Positions 17,504-27,369 of a stretch of 64,000 bases of DNA are shown here, piece by piece (within the stretch, counting starts at the first letter, position 1; each line of letters starts with the position of its first letter). The translations under genes and the position numbers were made by a program. Source of the DNA: Eubacteriales bacterium (lineage in GTDB: Bacteria > Bacillota > Clostridia > Oscillospirales > CAG-272); NCBI GenBank assembly GCA_045632565.1, contig JAZQWX010000013.1, positions 678 to 64,677 on the forward strand, written 5' to 3'. Below the pieces are notes generated by a model. That model saw nothing but the letters and a program-made list of their open reading frames with translations, was not told the origin of the DNA and made no database searches.

Positions 17504-19942
17504 TTATACAGTTGCCGCGCCGATGGTACAGCTGTTGCTTGCACCGGGGATGATCGGCTGTGTGACGGCGGGCTTTTGCGTGCTACTGCAATCCTCGTCT
17601 TCGGTAGGGAAAGAAACAAGTGCCGTGCGAAGCACGTCGCACACGTTTTCGCAGAATACAAAGGAAAGCCCATCCTTTGCCTGTACGTCAACCTCGTCCA
17701 TGTCGCATTGGTTATCCTTGGGGAGAAGCACGGTCTTGACCCCTGCGTTATAGGCGGCAAGCGTCTTTTCCTTCAGTCCACCAATGGCCAGAACGCGTCC
17801 CTGCAGCGTGACCTCACCCGTCATGGCCACGTCACGGCGCACGGGAATGCCCGAGAGCGCGCTGACGATCGCACAGGTCAGGGTCACACCGGCAGAGGGG
17901 CCGTCCTTGGGAACTGCGCCCTCCGGCACGTGAATATGCAGATCCTTCGTTTTGTAAAAATCGGGAGAAATGCCAAGGCGCGGAGCGATCGAGCGCACGT
18001 AGCTGTAAGCAATGTGGGCAGACTCCTTCATCACGTCGCCAAGAGAGCCGGTCAGCTCCAGCTTGCCGCTTCCGTCCATCACGGCTACCTCGATCTGCAA
18101 AAGATCGCCGCCTGCTTCCGTATAAGCCAGGCCGTTTACCACGCCAACGTGGTCAAGCTCTGCGATCTTGTCGGGACGCACCTTGCGCTTGCCAAGATAC
18201 GTGATGATATTATCGGCCGTAAAGGCTACCTTTTTGCATTTGCCCTCGGCAATCTCCTTGGCTGCCTTGCGGCACAGGTCTGCCACGCGACGCTCAAGAT
18301 TGCGCACACCGGATTCTCTTGTGTAGTGCTCGATCAGCTCATAGATCGCATCTGACGTAAAGCTGACCTGGCGACGGGAAAGTCCGTGGCGCTTCAGCTG
18401 CTTGGCGATCAGATGGTTTTTGGCGATCTCATGCTTTTCGCGGGGAGAGTAGGTGGATAGCTCGATGATCTCCATGCGGTCGAGCAGGGGAAGCGGGATC
18501 TCGTCGTAACGGTTTGCCGTGGCAATAAACAAGCAATCCGAAAGATCGATCGGCATTTCCACAAAATGATCGCGGAAATACTTGTTCTGCTCCGGGTCAA
18601 GCACCTCAAGCAGCGCCGAGGAGGGATCGCCGTTGTGCGAAGCCGAAACCTTGTCGATCTCGTCGAGCACGATCAGGGGATTGCGGACCTTTGCCTGAAT
18701 AAGCGCCTCGATGATGCGACCGGGCATAGAGGCCACGTAGGTCTTGCGGTGACCGCGGATATCCGATTCATCCTTGATACCGCCAAGCGACACGCGTACG
18801 TATTTGCGCCCGAGCGCGCGGGCAACGGAGGAAGCAATAGAGGTCTTGCCGACACCGGGAGGGCCGACAAGGCAAAGGATCTGATTGCGGAGATTGGGCG
18901 TCAGCTGCTTGACGGCAATATACTCGAGAATACGTTCCTTTACCTTTTCAAGGCCGTCATGGTCAGCATCCAGAATTTTCTTGGCACGCAAAACGTCCGC
19001 CTTCTCGGAAGAAAGCTTGGTCCAAGGAATGTCCAGACATACGTCGAGATAGTTGCGCAGCACCGTTCCCTCGGCAGATCCGTAGGGCGTTTTAGCCATG
19101 CGGGAAACCTCTTTGTTCAGCTTGTCGGCAATTTCCTTCGGCAGCTTTGCAGCCTCGATCTTGTCGTAATATTCCTCGCACTCATCGTCGCCGCCCTCGC
19201 CCAGCTCCTGCTGGATGGCGCGCATTTGCTCGCGCAGGAAAAATTCCTTTTGGTTGTTGTCGATCTTGCCCTTTACACGGCGATGGATCTCAAATTCACA
19301 GCGGAGAATGTCTAACTCCTCCGCCATCAGCACAAGCAGCTTTTCCATGCGGCGTGCAGGCTCTCGCACTGCCAAAACGGATTGCTTGTTGCGGTCGCTG
19401 AGCAAAACGCCCGAGGCAAGGAAATCCGAAAGCGCACCAATATCCGCAATGCCGCGTGCGGCGTAACGAATTTCATCATTCAAGGTAGGATGCACCGCTA
19501 CGATCGCGTCGAGCAAGGAAAGTGCCTCACGCATCAAGGCGAGATCGGGTACGGAAAGGGTTTCGGTCACCTCTTCCTCATAGGTCATCACCTCGGCGCG
19601 GAAATATCCGTCCGAGGAGAAGAGGGAACGCACCTTGGCGCGGCATACACCCTCAAATACAGCGCGGAAGCCGCCGTCACCGTTCGGGCCTGCCTGCTTG
19701 ATCACGCAGACCGTGCCCATGGTGTAAAAATCGCGCTCACTCGGCTCTTCTACCGATGCGTCACGCTGGGTAAGCAGCAAAATGCGTCCGCCGGATTTGG
19801 ATGCGGCTCCAACAGCCTTCAGGGAAAGGGGGCGGACGATATCAAGGCTCATGGATACGCCGGGGAAGGCGACCGTGCCGCGCACGGAAAGTACGGGCAG
19901 GATGAGCAGCTCGTTTTGTTCGTTTTGAAAAATTTCGGACAT
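17504..19942 (-). CDS. lon: ATP-dependent protease Lon (LonA)
   Basis: 812 aa with GPPGVGKTS Walker A and a C-terminal proteolytic PKDGPSAG serine motif. Confidence 0.95.
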   Translation of the reverse strand: MSEIFQNEQNELLILPVLSVRGTVAFPGVSMSLDIVRPLSLKAVGAASKSGGRILLLTQRDASVEEPSERDFYTMGTVCVIKQAGPNGDGGFRAVFEGVCRAKVRSLFSSDGYFRAEVMTYEEEVTETLSVPDLALMREALSLLDAIVAVHPTLNDEIRYAARGIADIGALSDFLASGVLLSDRNKQSVLAVREPARRMEKLLVLMAEELDILRCEFEIHRRVKGKIDNNQKEFFLREQMRAIQQELGEGGDDECEEYYDKIEAAKLPKEIADKLNKEVSRMAKTPYGSAEGTVLRNYLDVCLDIPWTKLSSEKADVLRAKKILDADHDGLEKVKERILEYIAVKQLTPNLRNQILCLVGPPGVGKTSIASSVARALGRKYVRVSLGGIKDESDIRGHRKTYVASMPGRIIEALIQAKVRNPLIVLDEIDKVSASHNGDPSSALLEVLDPEQNKYFRDHFVEMPIDLSDCLFIATANRYDEIPLPLLDRMEIIELSTYSPREKHEIAKNHLIAKQLKRHGLSRRQVSFTSDAIYELIEHYTRESGVRNLERRVADLCRKAAKEIAEGKCKKVAFTADNIITYLGKRKVRPDKIAELDHVGVVNGLAYTEAGGDLLQIEVAVMDGSGKLELTGSLGDVMKESAHIAYSYVRSIAPRLGISPDFYKTKDLHIHVPEGAVPKDGPSAGVTLTCAIVSALSGIPVRRDVAMTGEVTLQGRVLAIGGLKEKTLAAYNAGVKTVLLPKDNQCDMDEVDVQAKDGLSFVFCENVCDVLRTALVSFPTEDEDCSSTQKPAVTQPIIPGASNSCTIGAATV

Positions 19943-20003
19943 AGCTTATGTAAAACACCTTTCAAGGGAAACTGTCGGGATAGTAAACATCCCTCAACAT
20001 AGC

Positions 20004-20032
20004 ATTATACCATACATTTTTTCAAATTTCTA
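20004..20032 (-). promoter_or_regulatory. Candidate lon promoter: extended -10 TGGTATAAT (minus strand, 20012 to 20004) with a weak -35 TAGAAA
   Basis: Read on the reverse complement, about 60 nt upstream of the lon start. Confidence 0.4.
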
Positions 20033-20113
20033 TATATATAATAAAAAAAGTTCGTGGGAAAAACCGCGAATTTTCTCAAAAAAGAGAAAAATTAAAAAAG
20101 TTTTGAAAAACTC

Positions 20114-20142
20114 TTGACAAAGTGCGCGGCGTGTGATATACT
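20114..20142 (+). promoter_or_regulatory. Sigma-A promoter of the infC-rpmI-rplT operon: TTGACA 20114-20119, 17-nt spacer, TGaTATACT
   Basis: Near-consensus hexamers preceded by an A/T-rich UP-like tract. Confidence 0.7.
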
Positions 20143-20149
20143 ACGTGAG

Positions 20150-20297
20150 GATGTTAGGCATCCCAAAAGAAAGCAGAATGTTCCGTTCTCACCTTGGCGC
20201 ACAGGCGACCCGGGTTAATAATTGACAGGCAGGTACTGTCTTTTGTTGCGTGCGGAATTTTTTGCACGCAATTTTTTGTTCTTGGAGGTATACAACC
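20150..20297 (+). promoter_or_regulatory. infC leader, probably an L20-leader-type attenuator
   Basis: The 5' UTR is about 150 nt long and ends in hairpin TTGCGTGC 20246-20253 / GCACGCAA 20264-20271 plus a T-run, just before the infC RBS. L20-mediated attenuation of this operon is established in Bacillus. The fold was not computed. Confidence 0.5.
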
Positions 20298-20813
20298 ATT
20301 AGCACGAAAGATTTGCCGATCAATGACGACATTAAATGCAAAGAAGTGCGCGTTATCGGACCGGACGGTGAGCAGCTCGGTATCATGGATCTCAATGCGG
20401 CAAAGGAATTCGCCTATGACCGTGACCTGGATCTCGTTCTGATCGCTCCCACCGCAACCCCTCCCGTTTGCCGCGCCATGGACTACGGCAAGTATTGCTT
20501 TGAGCGTGACAAAAAGGAAAAAGAGGCACGTAAAAAGCAGCAGATCGTTAAGGTGAAAGAGGTTCAGCTTTCCTGTCGCATCGATACCCACGATTTTGAA
20601 ACGCGCGTTAATCAGGCGCGTAAGTTCCTCTCGGGTGGCGACAAGGTTCGCGCGATCGTTCGCTTCAAGGGACGTGAGATGGCACATATGGATCTCGGCC
20701 GTGATATCCTGATCCGCTTCCAGGAGGCGTGTGCAGGTGTCGGCAGCAGTGAAAAGGCTCCGATCGTGGAAGGCCGCTTCATGTCCATCATCCTCTCACC
20801 CGTAAAACAGTAA
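20298..20813 (+). CDS. infC: Translation initiation factor IF-3, with a non-canonical ATT start
   Basis: GGAGG at 20284-20288 lies 9 nt before in-frame ATT 20298 (ISTKDLPINDDIK...). The upstream 16 codons of the track ORF lack an RBS and overlap the attenuator. Confidence 0.88.
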   Translation: MSTKDLPINDDIKCKEVRVIGPDGEQLGIMDLNAAKEFAYDRDLDLVLIAPTATPPVCRAMDYGKYCFERDKKEKEARKKQQIVKVKEVQLSCRIDTHDFETRVNQARKFLSGGDKVRAIVRFKGREMAHMDLGRDILIRFQEACAGVGSSEKAPIVEGRFMSIILSPVKQ

Positions 20814-20854
20814 TCAATTTGGCACTGCCAGTACAATAAAAAGGAGTATCTATC

Positions 20855-21049
20855 ATGGGAAAAATCAAGACACATAAAGCGTCTGCCAAGAGATTCAGCG
20901 TCACCGGCACCGGCAAGGTGAAGATGAATCACTCTCACCACCGCCACAATCTCGGTATCAAGACCGCAAAGCGTAAGAGAAATCTGCGTAAGGGCGCTAT
21001 CCTGAGCGAATGCTTCGCTCCCACCATCCGCACGCTTATTCAGAAGTAA
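20855..21049 (+). CDS. rpmI: 50S ribosomal protein L35
   Basis: 64 aa, MGKIKTHKASAKRF..., with an AAGGAG RBS. Confidence 0.95.
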   Translation: MGKIKTHKASAKRFSVTGTGKVKMNHSHHRHNLGIKTAKRKRNLRKGAILSECFAPTIRTLIQK

Positions 21050-21087
21050 TAGGCTCAAGACGAAAGATTATTGGAGGATTATAGAAA

Positions 21088-21441
21088 ATGGCAAGAGTTA
21101 AAGGCGCCATGATGACGCGTAAGAGAAGAAATAACATCCTGAAGGCTGCAAAGGGCTACTGGGGTGCAAAGGGCAAGCACTTCAAGATGGCTAAGCAGGC
21201 CGTGATGAAGAGTGGCAACTATGCATTCGCCGGTCGCCGCATGAAGAAGAGAGATTTCCGTGCTCTCTGGATCACCCGTATCTCTGCTCAGGCAAAGGTT
21301 TGCGGCATGAATTATTCCACCCTGATGCACGGCTTGAAGAAGGCCGGCATCACCCTCAACCGCAAGATGCTGTCTGAGATCGCTATCGCCGACAAAGAGG
21401 CATTTGCAGCCCTCGCCGAAAAGGCAAAGGCAGCCCTTTAA
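21088..21441 (+). CDS. rplT: 50S ribosomal protein L20
   Basis: 117 aa, [19 protein letters not shown]..., with a GGAGG RBS. Confidence 0.95.
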   Translation: MARVKGAMMTRKRRNNILKAAKGYWGAKGKHFKMAKQAVMKSGNYAFAGRRMKKRDFRALWITRISAQAKVCGMNYSTLMHGLKKAGITLNRKMLSEIAIADKEAFAALAEKAKAAL

Positions 21442-21448
21442 TGAACAT

Positions 21449-21481
21449 GGTCTGCTACCAAGCGGTAGCAGACCTTTTTTC
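21449..21481 (+). terminator. Intrinsic terminator after rplT
   Basis: Stem GGTCTGCTACC 21449-21459 pairs with GGTAGCAGACC 21464-21474, followed by a T-run. Confidence 0.85.
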
Positions 21482-21517
21482 TTATTTTTCAAGGAAAAAA
21501 TGCGGCAGGAGGCCAAA

Positions 21518-22354
21518 ATGAAGATCGTTGACCCCATCATCACCAGTCGAAAAAATCGCCTTATTATTGACACCGCAGCCCTCTTCGACAAGAAGCACAG
21601 AGAGGCGGAAAAAGCCTTTTTGATCGAGGGCGAAAAGTTGGTTTTTGAGGCGGCCGAGCGTGCCTTGCCCGTTCTTCGCCTCTTCGTTGCCGAGAGCAAG
21701 CAGGGAACACTGTTGCCCCGTCTTCAGGCTGCTTTTTCTTCTTCGCTTTACCGCGATACGGAGCTTTACGTTCTCTCGGATGACTGTTTTTTGAAAATTT
21801 CTTCAGAAAAAGCGCCGCAAGGCGTAATTGCCGTGCTAAAATATCTTGACTTTTTCAAAAGAACGGCTATAATATATGATGAAGATATAGTTTCTCTTCA
21901 AAACAAAAGGGCAGTCATTCTGTACGACGTACAAGACCCCGGCAATCTCGGTGCGGTTATTCGAAGTGCCGTGGCCTTCGGGGTGGATTGTCTTTTCTTG
22001 ACACCTTCCTGCGCGGATCTGTACGGCTCCAAAACCGTTCGTGCCGCAATGGGAAGCCTGTTCTCGGTGTCCGCTTACGTGATCGAGGATATGGCACAGG
22101 CGATCGGCGCGCTCAGAAAAGCGGGGCGCCGCGTTTTGGCGGCAGAGCTTCGGGACGGCGCACGCCCCATAACCTCCTGCGCTCTTTCGCGCAGGGATTG
22201 TATCATGATCGGAAATGAGGGGCATGGTATTCCTGCCGAGGTATCTGTGCTGTGTGACGGCAGTATCTATCTGCCGATCAGCGAAGGGGCGGAATCTCTC
22301 AACGCCGCCGTAGCGGCAGGTGTTCTTCTTTGGGAGCAAAGCAAGGCCGAATAA
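21518..22354 (+). CDS. TrmH/SpoU-family RNA 2'-O-methyltransferase
   Basis: Internal ATG 21518 lies behind AGGAGG. SpoU-type motifs are present (GNLGAVIRSA, IGNEGHG, LNAAVAAG). Confidence 0.85.
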   Translation: MKIVDPIITSRKNRLIIDTAALFDKKHREAEKAFLIEGEKLVFEAAERALPVLRLFVAESKQGTLLPRLQAAFSSSLYRDTELYVLSDDCFLKISSEKAPQGVIAVLKYLDFFKRTAIIYDEDIVSLQNKRAVILYDVQDPGNLGAVIRSAVAFGVDCLFLTPSCADLYGSKTVRAAMGSLFSVSAYVIEDMAQAIGALRKAGRRVLAAELRDGARPITSCALSRRDCIMIGNEGHGIPAEVSVLCDGSIYLPISEGAESLNAAVAAGVLLWEQSKAE

Positions 22355-22364
22355 GGAGCTTGAC

Positions 22365-23669
22365 ATGAGCGAAAATCTCTATTGGGTTTGGTTGAGTCGG
22401 AAATGTCGCTATGACAGCGGTTCTCTCGATCGTCTTTTGCGTGTCTTTTCCTCTGCGCGTCAGATCTATGAAGCCGGAGAAGAGGCGCTGCGTCGGGTGA
22501 TCGGCAATTCCTCTAAGTCTGATTTTCTTCGCCTGTGTGATAAGGATCTTTCGGATGCACAGCGCATAATGGATTACTGCATGATGACGGACGTGGGTAT
22601 TTTGACTTATCACGATCCCCGCTACCCCGCAAGACTTCGCATGCTGCCCGATGCGCCGCCCGTTCTGTATTACAAGGGAAAGCTCCCCACGTTTGAGGGA
22701 AGGCTTGCCATGGCCGTGGTTGGCACGCGCAAGATGAGTGAATACGGAAAGCATATGGCATTTGAGATCGCGCATGATCTCGCCCGCGCCGGTGCGATCC
22801 TTGTAACAGGCATGGCTCTTGGGATCGACGGTGTTGCTTCTGCGGCCGCTGTTGCCGTGGAAACGCCGAGCATTGCTGTTCTTGGCAGCGGTATCGATAT
22901 CATTTACCCGCGTGAGCATCAATACCTTATGCATGGGATTTTGCAAAACGGTGTCGTGATGACCGAGTTCGCTCCCGGCACACCGCCTGAGAAAGGAAAC
23001 TTTCCGCGCAGAAACCGTATCATCAGCGGCCTGTCACAGGGCGTCTTGGTGATCGAGGGAGATAGGAGAAGTGGGGCGCTGATCACCGCCAACCATGCAG
23101 AAAAGCAGGGCAGAGATGTGTTTGCCTTGCCGGGAAATGCGGATGAGGTGAACAGTGAAGCAACCAACCTGCTCCTTAAAAACGGAGCACACCTCGTCAG
23201 TTGTGCAGACGATATCATTAAAGTTTATGAGCCTCTTTACGGCAACACACTGAACATGCTGCGTCTGTTGACTCCCGATAAGATCCGCATGGATAAAACC
23301 CTCGCCTCGCTCCGCGTTTCGGCTCGTCCGTATTTTCCGAAATATAAGACGAGTACGGATGAATTTGGTGAGACACTCCCCAGAAAACGCAAAACCGAAA
23401 AGCTCAAAAAGAAGGAAAATATTAAGGCAGAGCCGCCAAAGCAGGAAGAAGTAACGCCCCCTCCCGTGCCATCGGATGAGGATAAAGTAAAGCTTCTTGA
23501 CCCGGGCACGCTCGCCGTTTATCGCACGATCAAGCCGGGCATGGCGTTTACAGTAGACGAAATATGCGAAAACGGCTTTTCGGCAGCCGAGGTACTTTCG
23601 GCTATGACGATCCTCGAAATACATAAGTGTGTAATGGCGCTTCCGGGCGGCCGTTATACGCGTTTGTAA
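22365..23669 (+). CDS. dprA: DNA processing protein DprA (Smf) with a long Lys/Pro-rich linker before the C-terminal winged-helix-like domain
   Basis: ATG 22365 lies behind AAGGAG. The Rossmann-like core has GMALGIDG. dprA-topA-trmFO synteny. Confidence 0.88.
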   Translation: MSENLYWVWLSRKCRYDSGSLDRLLRVFSSARQIYEAGEEALRRVIGNSSKSDFLRLCDKDLSDAQRIMDYCMMTDVGILTYHDPRYPARLRMLPDAPPVLYYKGKLPTFEGRLAMAVVGTRKMSEYGKHMAFEIAHDLARAGAILVTGMALGIDGVASAAAVAVETPSIAVLGSGIDIIYPREHQYLMHGILQNGVVMTEFAPGTPPEKGNFPRRNRIISGLSQGVLVIEGDRRSGALITANHAEKQGRDVFALPGNADEVNSEATNLLLKNGAHLVSCADDIIKVYEPLYGNTLNMLRLLTPDKIRMDKTLASLRVSARPYFPKYKTSTDEFGETLPRKRKTEKLKKKENIKAEPPKQEEVTPPPVPSDEDKVKLLDPGTLAVYRTIKPGMAFTVDEICENGFSAAEVLSAMTILEIHKCVMALPGGRYTRL

Positions 23670-23713
23670 TATACGCAATTTTATGAAAGGAATGTGCAAG
23701 ACACATAGAATCC

Positions 23714-25981
23714 ATGGCAAATTTAGTTATCGTTGAGTCCCCCTCCAAGGCCACCACCATCAAAAGCTACCTTGGGTCGAACTACAAGGTTATTGCCTCC
23801 AAGGGCCATATTCGTGATCTCCCCAAAAGCTCTCTGGGCGTAGACGTTGAAAAGGATTTTGAGCCGCACTATATCAATATTCGCGGCCGCGGCGACGTCA
23901 TCAAGCTTCTCAAAAAGGAAGCCAAGTCCGCCAATAAGATCTTTCTCGCAACCGACCCTGACCGAGAGGGGGAAGCAATCTCCTGGCACCTTGCTACCGT
24001 TCTCGGTATTCCCGAGGACAAAGAGTGCCGCGTTACCTTTAACGAGATCACCAAAAGCGCTGTCAAGGAGGCCATCAAGCATCCGCGCGCGATCGATCAG
24101 CACCTTGTAAATTCTCAGCAGGCGCGCCGTATCCTCGACCGTATCGTAGGCTACAAGCTCAGCCCGTTCCTTTGGAAGAACGTCAAAAGCGGTCTGTCCG
24201 CAGGACGCGTGCAGTCGGTTGCTACCCGTATTATCGTAGAACGGGAAGAGGAGATCAAGGCCTTCGTTCCGAAGGAGTATTGGACGGTGGATGCCCGCCT
24301 GTCTACCGTAAGCGGCGAGGAATTCGTTGCCCACTACGTTGGCAAGAAAAAGCTCGAATCCTCCTCTGATGCCGATAAGCTCCTTGCTTCTTTGGGTGAA
24401 AACGGTTTTTCCGTCAAGAACATTCGTTCTGCCGAAAAGAAAAAGCAGCCCGCGCCCCCCTTTACCACCTCCACGCTTCAGCAGGAGGCCTCGCGCAAGC
24501 TTGGCTTCCAGTCCCAGCGTATCATGAAGGTCGCACAGGAGCTGTACGAGGGCGTGAACCTTGGTAATGAATCCGGCGGCGTGCAGGGTCTTATCACCTA
24601 TATGCGTACCGACTCGCTTCGCATTTCTGCCGGTGCACAGGAAGCGGCCCTTGCTCTGATCGCCGATAAATACGGTGAAGAGTATCTGCCCGCAACGCCC
24701 CGCGTTTATAAGACCAAGGCAGGCGCGCAGGATGCACACGAGGCTATCCGTCCCTCGAACGTCAACATCCTGCCGAAGAGCATCAAGAAGATGCTGACCT
24801 CCGATCAGTATCGCCTGTATAAGCTGATCTGGGATCGTTTTGTTGCCAGCCAGATGGCAGGGGCTGTCATCAGCACCACCGCTATCGAACTGGATAACAA
24901 CGGCAATACCTTCCGCGCAAGCGGTTATACGGTCAAATTCCAGGGCTATCAGGCGGTTTATGAAACGCTTGATGCGGATGCACAGGGCGAGGACGGACAT
25001 CTCGGTCGCCTGCCGGATACTGCGGTCGGTGAAAAGATGACCACCGTTTCGGTAACCCCCAACCAGCATTTTACCGAGCCGCCTCCGCATTACACCGAAG
25101 CCTCCCTGATCAAATTCCTTGAGGATAACGGCATCGGTCGTCCCAGCACCTACGCTCCTATCATCACTACCATCATTTCGCGCAGCTATGTAAAACGCAG
25201 CGGAAAAACCTTGGTTTCCACCCCTCTTGGCGAGGTGATCACACGTCTGATGAAGGAAAGCTTCCCGGACATCGTGGACTATGAGTTCACCGCCTCCATG
25301 GAGGATAAGCTGGACTCGATCGAAAATGAAACCAATACCACGAACGGTGTTCTTTCCGAATTCTACGACGGCTTTGAAAAATCCCTTGCGGCAGCTATGA
25401 GCTCCGTATCCCGTGAGGACGTGGAAATTCCGCCCGAGGAATCGGATGTTATCTGTGAGTTCTGCGGTAGCAAGATGGTCTACAAAAACGGCCGCTTCGG
25501 TCGCTTCCTGGCTTGCCCCCGCTATCCCGAATGTCGCAACACCAAGGCTGTCGATAAAAACGGCAACCTTGTTGAAAAGGTCGAGGCAAAACGAGAGATC
25601 GCGGATTTTAAGTGCGAGGAATGCGGCGGTGATATGGTGCTGCGAAACGGCAAATTCGGTAGCTTCTACGCCTGTGCAAACTATCCGAAATGTCATTTCA
25701 CCAAGCAAAAGGTGACGGATATCGGCGTTCCTTGTCCCGAATGCGGTGCCAAGGTTGTCGGCAAGCACAGCCGCGGTCGCGTCAGCTTCTATAGCTGCGA
25801 GCGTTATCCGGACTGCACCTTCTCTTCGTGGGATATGCCCACTACCGAAAAATGCCCTGATTGCGGGAAGCCGCTGTTTTTCCGTAAGGGACGCAATATG
25901 ATCATCTGCCGTGACAAAAAATGCGGCTATAAACGCGAGGAGGCTTCCGAAAATAAGCCTCAAGATGGAGAAGAAACATGA
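23714..25981 (+). CDS. topA: DNA topoisomerase I
   Basis: Toprim N-terminus (LVIVESPSKA), a type IA core, and several C-terminal CxxC zinc ribbons. Confidence 0.95.
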   Translation: MANLVIVESPSKATTIKSYLGSNYKVIASKGHIRDLPKSSLGVDVEKDFEPHYINIRGRGDVIKLLKKEAKSANKIFLATDPDREGEAISWHLATVLGIPEDKECRVTFNEITKSAVKEAIKHPRAIDQHLVNSQQARRILDRIVGYKLSPFLWKNVKSGLSAGRVQSVATRIIVEREEEIKAFVPKEYWTVDARLSTVSGEEFVAHYVGKKKLESSSDADKLLASLGENGFSVKNIRSAEKKKQPAPPFTTSTLQQEASRKLGFQSQRIMKVAQELYEGVNLGNESGGVQGLITYMRTDSLRISAGAQEAALALIADKYGEEYLPATPRVYKTKAGAQDAHEAIRPSNVNILPKSIKKMLTSDQYRLYKLIWDRFVASQMAGAVISTTAIELDNNGNTFRASGYTVKFQGYQAVYETLDADAQGEDGHLGRLPDTAVGEKMTTVSVTPNQHFTEPPPHYTEASLIKFLEDNGIGRPSTYAPIITTIISRSYVKRSGKTLVSTPLGEVITRLMKESFPDIVDYEFTASMEDKLDSIENETNTTNGVLSEFYDGFEKSLAAAMSSVSREDVEIPPEESDVICEFCGSKMVYKNGRFGRFLACPRYPECRNTKAVDKNGNLVEKVEAKREIADFKCEECGGDMVLRNGKFGSFYACANYPKCHFTKQKVTDIGVPCPECGAKVVGKHSRGRVSFYSCERYPDCTFSSWDMPTTEKCPDCGKPLFFRKGRNMIICRDKKCGYKREEASENKPQDGEET

Positions 25982-27369
25982 TAAATTCGGGTCATAAGTC
26001 GCGCATCCGTGTGATCGGTGCCGGCCTTGCAGGCTGTGAAGCCGCATGGCAGGCCGCGCGCATGGGTGTGGCGGTTGACCTCTTCGAAATGAAACCCTCC
26101 CAATATACCCCCGCACACCATAGCCCGCTGTTTGCGGAGCTCGTTTGCTCCAACTCTCTGCGGTCGGCTGACATTTCCAATGCGGTCGGTCTTTTGAAAG
26201 CAGAGCTTTCCGAGCTTGGCTCGCTGATCATGGAGGCGGCTCATGCCACCGAGGTTCCTGCCGGATCGGCCCTTGCGGTGGACCGCGACAAATTTTCTCG
26301 GTATATTACCGACAAGATTTCCTCCCACCCTCTTATCACCGTTCACGAGCAGGAGATCACAGACCTTTCCTCGAATATACCGACCGTCGTGGCAACCGGC
26401 CCGCTGACAAGCGAAGCGCTTTCCCACAGCATTGAAGCCTTGATGGGCGGAGAGGGCCTGCATTTTTACGATGCGGCTGCCCCGATCGTGGATGCCGCCA
26501 CGGTGGATACGGAAATTGCCTTTTTTGCCTCCCGATACGGCAAGGGCGATCCTACTGATTATCTCAACTGTCCCTTCACAAAGGAAGAATACGATGCCTT
26601 TTATCGTGAATTGATTGCCGCCGAAACGGCAACGCTAAAAGAGTTTGATGCCAATTCACAGAAAGAACCTACTGTCTTCGAGGGCTGTATGCCCGTTGAG
26701 GTCATGGCAAAGCGCGGTGTGGATACGCTCCGTTACGGCCCGATGAAGCCCGTTGGGCTTCCCGATCCCAAAACGGGGAAAGAGGCATATGCCGTTTTGC
26801 AGCTCCGCCGCGAAAACCGAGAGGGAACGATGTACAATCTCGTCGGCTTTCAAACCCACCTGACCTTCCCGGAGCAGCGGCGCGTATTCCGCATGATTCC
26901 GGGACTTGCCAATGCGGAATTCTTCCGTTACGGCGTGATGCATCGCAATACCTATCTCCGTTCTCCCGGCAGACTGACGCCGTATTATTCTTGCAAGGAG
27001 TGTGAAGATTTGTTCTTTGCCGGTCAGATGACGGGTGTGGAGGGATATGTGGAGTCCACCTCCTCCGGCTTTGTGGCCGGGATCAATGCGGCTCGCCTTG
27101 CGCTCGGTAAGGAGCAGGTGGATTTTCCGTCAACTACCGAGATCGGCGCGCTTGCCCATTATGTCAGCGAATCCGTTTCACCGAATTTTCAACCCATGAA
27201 TGCCAATTTCGGCATTATCGCCCCGCTTCCCGCAAAAGTGAAGGGTGGAAAGGCTGCGCGCAATCAAGCGTATGCCGTGCGCGCCCTCTCCGTTATCCGT
27301 TCACTTCTTGCGCAAGAGCTTGGATGCCCTATGGCATCAGAAAGGGAAACCCATGAAAATAATCATTGA
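25978..27369 (+). CDS. trmFO: Methylenetetrahydrofolate--tRNA-(uracil-5-)-methyltransferase TrmFO
   Basis: FAD motif IGAGLAGCEAA and a Gid/TrmFO-like sequence. ATGA overlap with topA. Confidence 0.92.
   Translation: MINSGHKSRIRVIGAGLAGCEAAWQAARMGVAVDLFEMKPSQYTPAHHSPLFAELVCSNSLRSADISNAVGLLKAELSELGSLIMEAAHATEVPAGSALAVDRDKFSRYITDKISSHPLITVHEQEITDLSSNIPTVVATGPLTSEALSHSIEALMGGEGLHFYDAAAPIVDAATVDTEIAFFASRYGKGDPTDYLNCPFTKEEYDAFYRELIAAETATLKEFDANSQKEPTVFEGCMPVEVMAKRGVDTLRYGPMKPVGLPDPKTGKEAYAVLQLRRENREGTMYNLVGFQTHLTFPEQRRVFRMIPGLANAEFFRYGVMHRNTYLRSPGRLTPYYSCKECEDLFFAGQMTGVEGYVESTSSGFVAGINAARLALGKEQVDFPSTTEIGALAHYVSESVSPNFQPMNANFGIIAPLPAKVKGGKAARNQAYAVRALSVIRSLLAQELGCPMASERETHENNH

Noticed and set aside
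20020-20113. The very A/T-rich tract (TATATATATAATAAAAAAAG...AAAAATTAAAAAAG) between lon and infC, considered as a possible repeat, origin-like or CRISPR-leader-like element.
   Set aside because: There are no direct repeats, DnaA-box-like 9-mers or spacers. It is best explained as UP-element or curved DNA shared by the divergent lon and infC promoters.
23723-26116. A 797-aa ORF antisense to topA.
   Set aside because: It has the same codon-opposed frame relationship as the pck case. The sense product is a complete topoisomerase I. This is a shadow ORF caused by avoidance of TTA, CTA and TCA.
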